This document shows, in pieces, positions 36,333 to 45,271 of a DNA stretch of 50,978 nt. Location of the stretch: NCBI GenBank assembly GCA_946630785.1, contig CAMOZC010000001.1:1-50978 (forward strand). Reading direction: 5' to 3'. The stretch is from an uncultured Clostridia bacterium. GTDB taxonomy: Bacteria > Bacillota > Clostridia > Christensenellales > UBA1242. A program made the translations under genes and the position numbers. The notes beneath the pieces are model-generated. The model did no database searches and was not told where the DNA came from. It saw nothing but the letters and a program-made list of their open reading frames with translations. Positions within the stretch are counted from its first letter, which is position 1. Every line of letters starts with the position of its first letter.

Positions 36333-38828
36333 ATGCAAGACTTTTATGGATTGTCCCCGCGCGAGGTTGAACAATCACGCAAGGATAACGGTGCGAATAC
36401 TTTAACGCCACCCAAAAAGCGTAGTTTTTGGCAAATTGTGATTAATAATTTGGGTGACCCAATTATGAAAATCTTGTTGATTGTGACAGGGATTAACATT
36501 GCTTGTTTGTTTTATACTCATAATTTTTTGGAAACTTTTGGGATTGTGATGTCAATTATCATTGCAGTTACGGTTAGTACTTTAAGTGAAATGGGCAGTG
36601 AAGCCGCTTTCCAAAAATTAGAAAGCATGTCGGGAAAAATTCAAGCCCGTGTTAAAAGAAACGGCAAAACAATTTTAATTGCCGCAACCGAAGTCGTTGT
36701 GGGAGATATTGTTTTGTTGAGTAGCGGCGATAAGATTCCTGCAGATGGTGTGATTGTTGCGGGTGAACTGAGTGTGGACCAAAGTATTCTCAATGGTGAA
36801 AGTTTGGAATGTCACAAGCGTGCTGCAGCAAAACCTCGCCAGGATAAAATTGACTTTATGGCGGAGCAACAATTATTTTCGGGAACAGTTGTAACAGGCG
36901 GTAATGGTATAATGAGTGTGACCGCGGTGGGTGGAAAAACGGTTTATGGTAAGATTGCGGCTGGGTTAACCGAAAATCCCCCGACCAGTCCATTAAAGGT
37001 AAAATTATCTAAATTGGCAAATTTAGTTTCTTTTATTGGTTACATCGGCGCGGCGATTGCGGCAGTGACTTATTTGGTTAGTGTGAGTGGTGGTGGCATT
37101 ACTTTCCACGAAATTCTAACCGCAATCACTTTGGTTGTGTCGGTGGTCGTGATGGCTGTGCCGGATGGTCTACCAATGATGATTACCGTGGTGTTGTCTT
37201 CAAATATGCGCGCGATGATGAAAGACCAATTGTTGGTGCGCAAATTAAGTGCCGTGGAAACAGCCGGCAGTTTGAATATTTTATTTACGGATAAAACCGG
37301 CACAATTACACAAGGAAAGTTGACAGTGTGTGGCGTGTTGTTACCAAATGGTCAATATGTGGAAAAAGATTTTCAAACACAGTTAGGTGGCTTTGGTCGC
37401 GTGTTAGGTACGGCTTTGGTGGTAAATAACGAGGCGGAAGTTACCGCACAGGGTTTTGTCGGTGGTAATATTACAGATCGTGCTTTGGCCGAGTTTGGTA
37501 GCGAATTATTAAATGGAGTAATCCCCAAAGTAACAAAACAGGCAGTAGAGCCATTTTCGTCAGCAACCAAATATATGGCAACAACTACGGAACAAGGTGA
37601 TACTTACTACAAAGGCGCTAGCGAAGTTTTACTGCCGCGTTGTCGTTTGGAAAAGTTTGAACGTTCTCGTCTGATGCAAAAAGTGATTCAATTAAATCAA
37701 CAAGCAATTCGCGTGATTTGTGTTGCGCAAGGTGAGGTTCTATTGGGCTTTGTCGCAATCCGCGATGCGGTGCGTCCCGAAGCGCGAGCAAGTATTGATA
37801 CTTTACATGCGGCACAAATTCAAGTGGTGTTGGTTACTGGTGATGCTCGTGAAACGGCAGTGGCGGTGGCGCGTGAAGTTGGTATCTTAAGTGATGATGG
37901 CTTGGTTGTCACCAGTGATGAACTTAATCATTTAACTGATCAACAGTTGGCGCAAATACTGCCACGTTTAAGAGTGGTGGCGCGCGCCTATCCACAGGAT
38001 AAAAGCCGTTTAGTTAAAGTGGCACAATCTTTAAACTTAGTGGTCGGTATGACGGGTGATGGGGTGAATGATGCGCCCGCGTTGAAACGTGCGGAATTGG
38101 GATTTGCTATGGGGAGTGGTACCGAAGTCGCAAAAGCGGCGGGTGATATTGTGATTATGGATGATAACATTAAATCGATTACTAAGGCGGTTTCTTTTGG
38201 ACGTACCCTGTTTGAAAGTATCCGTAAGTTTTTAGTGTTCAAGTTAACCATTAATTTTATTGCTATGACAATTTGTATTTTGGCACCGTTGTTTGGAATT
38301 GTGGCACCAATTACAGTAATTCAAATGTTATGGATTAATTTGGTGATGGATACTTTGGCTGGTTTGGCGTTCGGTGGGGAAAAACCGGCGACAGTTTATA
38401 TGCAGCAACCACCTAAGCGGCGTGACGAAAGTTTAATTACTCCCGCGATGTGGAATAAAATTATTTGGGGCAGTGTTTTTGGTAGTTTAGTTTGTATGTG
38501 GTTTTTGTTGTCGTCGTACATTCAAGAAATTGTTGGTAACCAACAAGTTTTTGTGACGGTCTTCTTTACTTTCTTTATGTTTTTAAATGTTTGCAACGCT
38601 TTTAATGCACGAGCGAATGGAATTAATTTGTTGCGGGGGTTGTTTAAAAACAAAGCTTTTGTAGTGATTATGTTTGCCATCGTAGTATCACAATTCTTAA
38701 TTGTTTTCTTTGGTGGTGGAATTTTCCGTACGGTTCCAGTTAGTTGGAATTATATTGTTTTTGCTGGTGTATTAGCATTGTCGATGTTACCTGCAGAAAT
38801 GTTCCGTCGTGTTTTGTTTCGTAATTAA
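36333..38828 (+). CDS. P2-type (PMCA/LMCA1-like) cation-transporting P-type ATPase, probably Ca2+
   Basis: DKTGTITQG, TGDARETA, MTGDGVNDAPALK. TM4 reads VPDGLP. TM6 reads WINLVMDTLAGLAFG. Confidence 0.88.
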   Translation: MQDFYGLSPREVEQSRKDNGANTLTPPKKRSFWQIVINNLGDPIMKILLIVTGINIACLFYTHNFLETFGIVMSIIIAVTVSTLSEMGSEAAFQKLESMSGKIQARVKRNGKTILIAATEVVVGDIVLLSSGDKIPADGVIVAGELSVDQSILNGESLECHKRAAAKPRQDKIDFMAEQQLFSGTVVTGGNGIMSVTAVGGKTVYGKIAAGLTENPPTSPLKVKLSKLANLVSFIGYIGAAIAAVTYLVSVSGGGITFHEILTAITLVVSVVVMAVPDGLPMMITVVLSSNMRAMMKDQLLVRKLSAVETAGSLNILFTDKTGTITQGKLTVCGVLLPNGQYVEKDFQTQLGGFGRVLGTALVVNNEAEVTAQGFVGGNITDRALAEFGSELLNGVIPKVTKQAVEPFSSATKYMATTTEQGDTYYKGASEVLLPRCRLEKFERSRLMQKVIQLNQQAIRVICVAQGEVLLGFVAIRDAVRPEARASIDTLHAAQIQVVLVTGDARETAVAVAREVGILSDDGLVVTSDELNHLTDQQLAQILPRLRVVARAYPQDKSRLVKVAQSLNLVVGMTGDGVNDAPALKRAELGFAMGSGTEVAKAAGDIVIMDDNIKSITKAVSFGRTLFESIRKFLVFKLTINFIAMTICILAPLFGIVAPITVIQMLWINLVMDTLAGLAFGGEKPATVYMQQPPKRRDESLITPAMWNKIIWGSVFGSLVCMWFLLSSYIQEIVGNQQVFVTVFFTFFMFLNVCNAFNARANGINLLRGLFKNKAFVVIMFAIVVSQFLIVFFGGGIFRTVPVSWNYIVFAGVLALSMLPAEMFRRVLFRN

Positions 38829-39535
38829 ATAATTTGACTTTTACGGACGAATTTCCAGTCGCCACTGGCGAGATTACCTAAAGTTAATTTACCTTCTTTC
38901 AAGCGAATTAAATGTGTTACTTTAATATTTAACGTTTCAAACATTTTGCGAATCTGACGATTGCGCCCTTCGTGAATAATCACCTCAATTTGCATGCGGT
39001 CATGTTTGATGTAAGTAAATGAAGCGGGCGCGGTTTTAATTCCGTCAATTTTTACACCGGCCGATAAAGTTTCCAATTCGGTTTTGGTTACGGGACGGTC
39101 AACTGTTGCATGATATGTTTTATCTACGTGCGTAGAGGGATGGGTGAGTTGTTTGGTTAGTGCTCCATCATTGGTTAATAATAGTAGTCCACAAGTATGG
39201 TAATCCAAACGACCAATAGGATATAAACGGACTGAGTTTAAAAGTTTGGCATATTGCTTTGGATTACTGCGGATAACGTCCAGAACCGTTGTACGACCTT
39301 GCGGGTCGTAAGTAGTGGAAACAACACCACTGGGTTTGTTTAATAAAATATAAACTTTGTCTTCCGTTGGTTTAACTGGGCGGTTATCAACAGTAACTGT
39401 AGCATCTTCCGGAATTAATGTGGCTAAATCTGTAATGACAACGCCATTTAGGCGCACACGACCTGCGGTTACCAAGGATTCTACATGGCGCCGACTGCCC
39501 AAACCGCACAAGGCAAGATATTTGTTTACTCTCAT
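38825..39535 (-). CDS. rluB: RsuA/RluB-family rRNA pseudouridine synthase
   Basis: N-terminal S4 domain (MRVNKYLALCGLGSRR). Catalytic motif GRLDYHTCGLLLLTNDG. Confidence 0.88.
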   Translation of the reverse strand: MRVNKYLALCGLGSRRHVESLVTAGRVRLNGVVITDLATLIPEDATVTVDNRPVKPTEDKVYILLNKPSGVVSTTYDPQGRTTVLDVIRSNPKQYAKLLNSVRLYPIGRLDYHTCGLLLLTNDGALTKQLTHPSTHVDKTYHATVDRPVTKTELETLSAGVKIDGIKTAPASFTYIKHDRMQIEVIIHEGRNRQIRKMFETLNIKVTHLIRLKEGKLTLGNLASGDWKFVRKSQII

Positions 39536-39543
39536 CTAAAAAA

Positions 39544-39553
39544 AGTATATCAT
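39544..39553. promoter_or_regulatory. Overlapping divergent -10 boxes in a 25-bp intergenic gap
   Basis: Minus strand: TGaTATACT (39552-39544), 8 nt, ATG (39535). Plus strand: TATCAT (39548-39553), 7 nt, ATG (39561). Confidence 0.55.
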
Positions 39554-39560
39554 AAAATTG

Positions 39561-40361
39561 ATGAATATCCTAATCGCAAATGTACGTAATTTGGAATCAC
39601 CTGAATTAAAGGTCTTGGCAGGTGAATTGTCTAAAAAACATACCGTTACGGTTTGTTCTTTAGAAGGACCTAGTCGTCAAAAGGGAAATGCTTTTTCTTA
39701 CAGTGGTTTTCCAATCAAATTTAAACAAATTTCTAATTACGTTGTTAACGGTGAAAAGATTGCCGCTTATAAATTCCAAGGTACACCTGCGGATATGATT
39801 TCGGTAATGTTGGGTAATATCATGCGTCACCGTAAACCGCATTTGGTTATTTGTGGTATCAGTAATGGTATTTCTTTAGGTACGGACGTTTTCTGTTCTT
39901 CAAATATTGGTATGGCAATGCAAGCTGCTTTTAGTAACGTGCCAAGTATTTCGGTCGGTGTGCCAATGCAAATTGGTGGACACAGTGAAGCGGAATTATT
40001 GCCAGCTGCACAGTTTATTGCCAAGAATGTGGAAAAGTTTGCAAAGGCTAAATTACCAACGGATACATTCTTGAATATCACCATTCCTGCAGTTAAAAAA
40101 TACGATGATTTCCAAGGTGTGGGAATTTCGTCAATGGATAATTTGACCAAGATGACACGTTATTTGGAAAAGGTCGATTGTAAAGGTAACAAGTATTACT
40201 GGGCTCAACTAGTGGAACGCGATACTTCGGCGAAAACGAAGGCGTCACCGACCGCGGGTATGACATACTTTAAAAAGAATTACATTATTATGGCACCATT
40301 GACTTACAACTGTACTGATATGGCAAGTTTAGCCGAAATGCAAAAGGAGATGGCGAAATGA
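39561..40361 (+). CDS. SurE-like protein, divergent paralog 1 (catalytic motif lost)
   Basis: SurE-fold landmarks GTPADM and CGISNGISLGTDVFCSSNIGMAMQA. The N-terminal NDDG motif is replaced by NVRN. The track's TTG at 39558 was rejected in favour of the ATG at 39561. Confidence 0.65.
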   Translation: MNILIANVRNLESPELKVLAGELSKKHTVTVCSLEGPSRQKGNAFSYSGFPIKFKQISNYVVNGEKIAAYKFQGTPADMISVMLGNIMRHRKPHLVICGISNGISLGTDVFCSSNIGMAMQAAFSNVPSISVGVPMQIGGHSEAELLPAAQFIAKNVEKFAKAKLPTDTFLNITIPAVKKYDDFQGVGISSMDNLTKMTRYLEKVDCKGNKYYWAQLVERDTSAKTKASPTAGMTYFKKNYIIMAPLTYNCTDMASLAEMQKEMAK

Positions 40362-41128
40362 AAATCTTATTAACGAATGAAGCGGGTTGTTTCCATCCAG
40401 GTATCGTTGCGTTGGCAAAAGAATTGTGTAAAGACCACCGCGTTTGTATTGTGGCGCCGTTAACAAAACAAGTTGGTGCCGGACATTCTTTAACTGTGGA
40501 CCAACGTCCTTTGCATGCACAACAATGGTTTGTTTTAGATAGCGTAAAAATGTGGTCAGTTGATGGTACGCCTTGTGATTGCGTAGCTTTGGCTTTAGAT
40601 AAGTTGTTGTTGGATAAACCTGATTTAATTATTTCGGGAATTGACTATGCAAATAACCACGGGAACATGATTTACACCAGTGGTGTTGTTTCAGCAGCGG
40701 TGGAGGGAGCGATTCAGGGAATTAAAAGTTTAGCCTTGAGTGCAGCGATTGCAAACGAAAAGAAAGAGCGTTGTTACCGTCGTGTGGCAAAATTTGTTCG
40801 TCGTAAATTAACTTATTTAGCAACTAAGATTCCAGACTATGGCGTCTTGAATGTTAACTTTCCAGAAAAGGTAAAACCACGTTTGGTAATGCCAGCACCT
40901 TTGACTGATGGCATTTTGGACAATGAATACGAGATTGAAGTTAACCCTTTTGGTTCAACATTTGCGTGGATGAAAAATCCGTTGCGTGAGTTTGGTTTAG
41001 ACGCGTATGACCAGAAAGGTGATTTATATTGGTTGAAACAAGGTTACATTACCTTGACTCCGTTGAAACTGGATTTGTTAAAAGGTGAAGCTTTGGAAAC
41101 CTTACAAAAGGCAGGAATTAAGTTATGA
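40358..41128 (+). CDS. surE: SurE-like protein, paralog 2 (closer to canonical, DD motif replaced)
   Basis: MKILLTNEAG (canonical is NDDG), GAGHS, DGTPCDCV, SGIDYANNHGNMIYTSGVVSAAVEG. ATGA overlap with paralog 1. Confidence 0.75.
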   Translation: MKILLTNEAGCFHPGIVALAKELCKDHRVCIVAPLTKQVGAGHSLTVDQRPLHAQQWFVLDSVKMWSVDGTPCDCVALALDKLLLDKPDLIISGIDYANNHGNMIYTSGVVSAAVEGAIQGIKSLALSAAIANEKKERCYRRVAKFVRRKLTYLATKIPDYGVLNVNFPEKVKPRLVMPAPLTDGILDNEYEIEVNPFGSTFAWMKNPLREFGLDAYDQKGDLYWLKQGYITLTPLKLDLLKGEALETLQKAGIKL

Positions 41129-41787
41129 GTATTAATATTGCGATTGATGGACCAGTTGCCAGTGGGAAAGGGGCAGTTGCTAAAGGGCTATCCAAAAGAT
41201 TAGGAATTCCAACTTTGGACACTGGGGCAGCTTACCGCGCTGTAACTTTGTTCTTACTGGAAAATAATTTGGATTTGCATAACGAAAAATTAATCTTAAT
41301 GAATTTAAACCAAATGGATTTACGGATTTATATGGCAGAAAATCATGACGTTCGTGTTTGTGTCCAGGGGCAAGATGTTACGGCACGGATTCGTGATAAT
41401 CGTGTTAGTTTGGCCGTGCCAATTGTGGCGGCGTATGCTGGTGTGCGCGATTATGTCAATCATCAAATTAGTTTAGTTGCGTCACAAGGAAATTACATTT
41501 TGGAAGGGCGCGATATTGGTACGGTAGTTTTGCCGAATGCGGATTATAAATTCTTTTTGACGGCTTCGTTGGAGGTGCGTGCCCAAAGACGTAAGGCTGA
41601 TTTGGATGCCAAAGGTGAACATTTGTCTTTATTGGAAGTTATGCAACAAGTTAAAGCCCGTGATGAGCAAGATATTAACCGTGAAATTGCTCCGTTGCGC
41701 CAAGCGCCGGATGCAATCTACGTTGACAGCAGTAATTTAACGCTAGAACAAACCATTGACACGTTGGCAAAATATATTAAACTATAA
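41125..41787 (+). CDS. cmk: Cytidylate kinase
   Basis: P-loop IAIDGPVASGKG, YRAVT, GRDIGTVV. ATGA overlap with the upstream gene. Confidence 0.92.
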   Translation: MSINIAIDGPVASGKGAVAKGLSKRLGIPTLDTGAAYRAVTLFLLENNLDLHNEKLILMNLNQMDLRIYMAENHDVRVCVQGQDVTARIRDNRVSLAVPIVAAYAGVRDYVNHQISLVASQGNYILEGRDIGTVVLPNADYKFFLTASLEVRAQRRKADLDAKGEHLSLLEVMQQVKARDEQDINREIAPLRQAPDAIYVDSSNLTLEQTIDTLAKYIKL

Positions 41788-41790
41788 TTG

Positions 41791-42123
41791 ATGGAAACAA
41801 TTGTACATGTTGAAAACGGCGAATACTTGGGTCAAACACGTTTTGCCAAAGATCTTTTACCACAATCTTTAGCTTTGTCTGTAAAAGAAGTTCGTGGTGT
41901 CGCCGGTGTTGGTGATATTAAAATTAAACGTTGTAAAGATAGTAATCATTTTAATATTGATATTGATTTGATTGTTTCAACTGGTGATTCTGTGCCGGAC
42001 GTTGCTTACCGTGTTCAAGAAGCAGTGCTGAATACTGCTACACAATTTACCAGCAACAAAATTGATCAAGTTAATGTTTATGTACGAGGCGCAAAGTATG
42101 GGGCAAGCTCTAAGCAGAAGTGA
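41791..42123 (+). CDS. Asp23/Gls24-family protein (YqhY-like)
   Basis: VRGVAGV motif, about 110 aa, located directly upstream of nusB as in Bacillus. Confidence 0.7.
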   Translation: METIVHVENGEYLGQTRFAKDLLPQSLALSVKEVRGVAGVGDIKIKRCKDSNHFNIDIDLIVSTGDSVPDVAYRVQEAVLNTATQFTSNKIDQVNVYVRGAKYGASSKQK

Positions 42124-42499
42124 ATCGCGTGAAGTGGCCTTTCGTTTGATTTTTGCATTAGGTCAACACACCGTTTTAGATGATACCGTTTGGGAATTGG
42201 CGTTGGATGGGAAAACCGCACCAGCACCAGAAAAGCAATACATTAATCAAATTTTGGAAAAATTCCAAACTGAACAAGTATCATTTGATGAACGCATTAA
42301 GGCACATTTGCAAAAATGGACAATTGACCGTTTACGTCAAACTGACTTAGCGGCTTTGCGTTTAGCTTTGAGCGAAATGGCTTTGGGTTCTGTCCCTGTG
42401 CCTGTTGTCATTAAAGAAGTTGTTGGCTTGGCAAAAAAATATGGTGAAGCACAAAGTGCGGCTTTCGTGAATGGAATTTTAGCCAAATTAGCGGAGTAA
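42098..42499 (+). CDS. nusB: Transcription antitermination factor NusB
   Basis: SRSESREVAFRLIF near the N-terminus, W.IDRL-type motif (WTIDRLRQTDLAALRLA), VVIKEVVGLAKKYG..SAAFVNGIL. Overlaps the upstream gene by 26 nt. Confidence 0.85.
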   Translation: MGQALSRSESREVAFRLIFALGQHTVLDDTVWELALDGKTAPAPEKQYINQILEKFQTEQVSFDERIKAHLQKWTIDRLRQTDLAALRLALSEMALGSVPVPVVIKEVVGLAKKYGEAQSAAFVNGILAKLAE

Positions 42500-42500
42500 T

Positions 42501-43499
42501 ATGGAGTTATCTGTAACTCAATTAAACAATTACATTAAATCGGTCTTTGTTGCCGAGGAAATGTTGCATAATGTTTTATTGAACGGGGAAGTGTCCGGCG
42601 TTTCGGTACGTGGCAGTGGCGTTTGGTTTACTTTGCGTGACCGCGAAGCGGCTATCCCATGTGTTTGTTGGGAAAAGTCACGTTGTGCCGTGAAAGATGG
42701 CGACCAAGTTACTTTGCGCGGTTCGGTTGATTATTGGCAAAAAGCCGGAAAAATTAATTTCAATGTCCATGCGTTAGTAAAGACGGGTGCGGGTGAGTTA
42801 TTAGAACAGTTAAAAGCCTTAACGGAAAAATTGAAAAAAGAAGGCCTGTTTGATAAAAAGAAAGCGATGCCGGCCAAAGTCAAACGAATTGGTGTGGTGA
42901 GTTCGCGTTATGGGGCTGTGATTCACGATATTATGACTGTCACTAAACGTCGTAATCCGACAGTAGATATCGTCTTGTATCCGGCTGCAGTACAGGGCGA
43001 AGGGGCGGCGCGTGAAATCTGTGCTGGTGTTGAATATTTTAATCGGATGAAAAGCGTGGACTTAATCATTGTTGCGCGTGGCGGTGGCTCAAATGAAGAC
43101 TTGTCGTGTTTTAATTCAGAAAATGTAGCACGTACTGTTGCGGGTAGTGATTTGCCGATTGTGGCGGCTGTGGGACACGAAACCGATTTTACTTTGGTTG
43201 ATTATGTTGCAGATTTAAGAGCACCAACGCCATCTGCGGCAGCCGAAATGGTAATTCCAGAGTTGGTTTCTCAAAAAGATGTTGTATTACGTTTGTGGTC
43301 TCAAATGAAGTTTGCGATTACTTCGCGTTTGGAGCAAATCCGTACCCAGGCTTTGGGGTTTATGAATTTATTCCCGAAGGATTTTGTGGCAGTTGCTAAA
43401 GAGGGAAAAGTTATTAAAAGTGTGAAAGAACTTAAGCCGAAAGACAAATTGCAAATTTGCTTTAATGATGGTAGAATAGGAGTAACGGTAGATGAATAA
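42501..43499 (+). CDS. xseA: Exodeoxyribonuclease VII large subunit, short 332-aa form
   Basis: OB-fold N-terminus (LSVTQLNNYIK...GEVSG), catalytic core IGVVSS..GAVIHDI, RGGGS.EDL, GHETDFT. Confidence 0.9.
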   Translation: MELSVTQLNNYIKSVFVAEEMLHNVLLNGEVSGVSVRGSGVWFTLRDREAAIPCVCWEKSRCAVKDGDQVTLRGSVDYWQKAGKINFNVHALVKTGAGELLEQLKALTEKLKKEGLFDKKKAMPAKVKRIGVVSSRYGAVIHDIMTVTKRRNPTVDIVLYPAAVQGEGAAREICAGVEYFNRMKSVDLIIVARGGGSNEDLSCFNSENVARTVAGSDLPIVAAVGHETDFTLVDYVADLRAPTPSAAAEMVIPELVSQKDVVLRLWSQMKFAITSRLEQIRTQALGFMNLFPKDFVAVAKEGKVIKSVKELKPKDKLQICFNDGRIGVTVDE

Positions 43500-43680
43500 G
43501 ACGATTGCAGAATTAGAAAAATTGACTCAGAGTATTCAGGCGGAAAAGCGTATCGACCAGGCTTTGGATACTTTTATCAATGGTGCGCAGTTGGTTAAAA
43601 CTGCTTTAAAAGAATTAGACCAGGTCGAAGGTAAGGTTTACGAAGTTATTAATGATGTCGAAAAAGTAATGGAGGAATAA
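43492..43680 (+). CDS. xseB: Exodeoxyribonuclease VII small subunit
   Basis: 62-aa helical hairpin. 8-nt overlap with xseA. Confidence 0.85.
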   Translation: MNKTIAELEKLTQSIQAEKRIDQALDTFINGAQLVKTALKELDQVEGKVYEVINDVEKVMEE

Positions 43681-45251
43681 TGCTGAATACGTTGCGCATT
43701 CAAAACATGGCTCTAATTCCTGCCGTTGAAATTAATTTCGGTGAGCATTTTAACGTGTTGACTGGTGAAACTGGTGCTGGAAAATCAATTATTATTGGCA
43801 GTTTGAATTTTATCTTTGGTGATAAATTGTCGGTAAATGCCATTCGTCATGGTGCTGACTTTGCGCGTGTTACGGCGGTTTTTGATGACACAATTATTGT
43901 GCGTACTTTGCATGCTAATGGTAAAAGTGAAATTCGGGTTAATGATGAACCAATGACAATTAAAGGCTTGCGCGAAGTGGCGGGGAATTTGATTGATATT
44001 CATGGACAACATGACACTGAAAAGTTGTTGGATCCGAAAAATCATTTAAACATCTTGGATGCGTTCGCGAAAACTGATTTGACAGCTTACCAAGCGGCAT
44101 ATGCTCAATTGCAAGCTTTGCAAAATGAATTAGCAACTTACGGCGATAATCCGGAAGAACGTGCACGCTTATTGGATTTATATCAATATCAAATTAATGA
44201 GATTGAACAGGCAAACCTTTCCGAGGACGAAGAAGAAACTTTACAGCAACGGGCTTTGGTTTTGCGTAATGCGGAAAAACTGTCCGAAGGTTTACAGGCG
44301 GTAGTTGATAACTTGTCTGATGCTGATAGTGGTCTGGGTATGGCTCAGAAAAAGTTGGTCAGTGTTGAACAGTATGACCAAAAATTACAAGCATGGGCAG
44401 AACGTTTGGGCGCGGCGAGTGGTGAGGTTACTGACATCTTAATTGATTTACGTGACTATTTAGATGGTACTGATTTTAGTGAAGATGCTTTGGAAAATGT
44501 TTATGACCGTTTGGATGAAATTAAAAATTTGAAACGTAAATATGGTGCAACGGTAGTTGATGTTTTGGCTTTTTGTGAAAAGACCAAGGCAGAGCAGTTG
44601 CGTCTTTTATCAGCAGGAGATACAATTCAAAAACTACAAGCGCAAATTACGGAACAGACGGCAGTAGTGAATCGTTTGGCAAGTGAATTAACTGCGGTGC
44701 GTCAAGCGGCGGCGGATAAGTTGGGAACGCAATTAATTGAACAATTAAAAGACTTGGGCATAGAGCAAACGCAGTTTAAGGTACAGTTTGCGGCAGTAGC
44801 ACCCAAAGCTAATGGCGCGGATGCTGTTGAATTTTTGTTTTCAGCTAACGTTGGTGAACCAGTAAGGCCTTTGGCGCAAATTATTTCGGGTGGTGAAATG
44901 AGTCGTTTAATGTTGGCAGTTAAAACTGTGGCTAATCCGGAACCGAATAAGACCTTGGTTTTTGATGAAATCGATACTGGTATTTCGGGTAAAATGGGGG
45001 TAGCATTGGCGTCTAAGTTGGCGGCATTATCACAACAGTCGCAAATTATTGTGGTAACACATTTGGCATCGGTCGCGGCGGCGGGAGATACGCACTTCTT
45101 GATTCAGAAAAATGTTAACGAAAATCAAACCATTACTAATGTTTATCCATTGGATAGTGCTGCCCGCGAACAAGAAATTGCCCGCATAATCGGTGGTGGT
45201 GATACGGCTTTGGCACATGCTCGGGCATTGTTAATTGGTAAACAAAAATGA
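43680..45251 (+). CDS. recN: DNA repair protein RecN
   Basis: Walker A GETGAGKS, long coiled-coil middle, signature SGGEMSR, Walker B LVFDEIDTG. TAATG overlap with xseB. Confidence 0.93.
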   Translation: MLNTLRIQNMALIPAVEINFGEHFNVLTGETGAGKSIIIGSLNFIFGDKLSVNAIRHGADFARVTAVFDDTIIVRTLHANGKSEIRVNDEPMTIKGLREVAGNLIDIHGQHDTEKLLDPKNHLNILDAFAKTDLTAYQAAYAQLQALQNELATYGDNPEERARLLDLYQYQINEIEQANLSEDEEETLQQRALVLRNAEKLSEGLQAVVDNLSDADSGLGMAQKKLVSVEQYDQKLQAWAERLGAASGEVTDILIDLRDYLDGTDFSEDALENVYDRLDEIKNLKRKYGATVVDVLAFCEKTKAEQLRLLSAGDTIQKLQAQITEQTAVVNRLASELTAVRQAAADKLGTQLIEQLKDLGIEQTQFKVQFAAVAPKANGADAVEFLFSANVGEPVRPLAQIISGGEMSRLMLAVKTVANPEPNKTLVFDEIDTGISGKMGVALASKLAALSQQSQIIVVTHLASVAAAGDTHFLIQKNVNENQTITNVYPLDSAAREQEIARIIGGGDTALAHARALLIGKQK

Positions 45252-45270
45252 CCCGTGCGGGTCATTTTTG
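45248..45270. terminator. Bidirectional terminator between recN and corA
   Basis: atgaccc / gggtcat hairpin (4-nt loop) overlapping the recN stop codon, followed by T5. Confidence 0.75.
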
Positions 45271-45271
45271 T

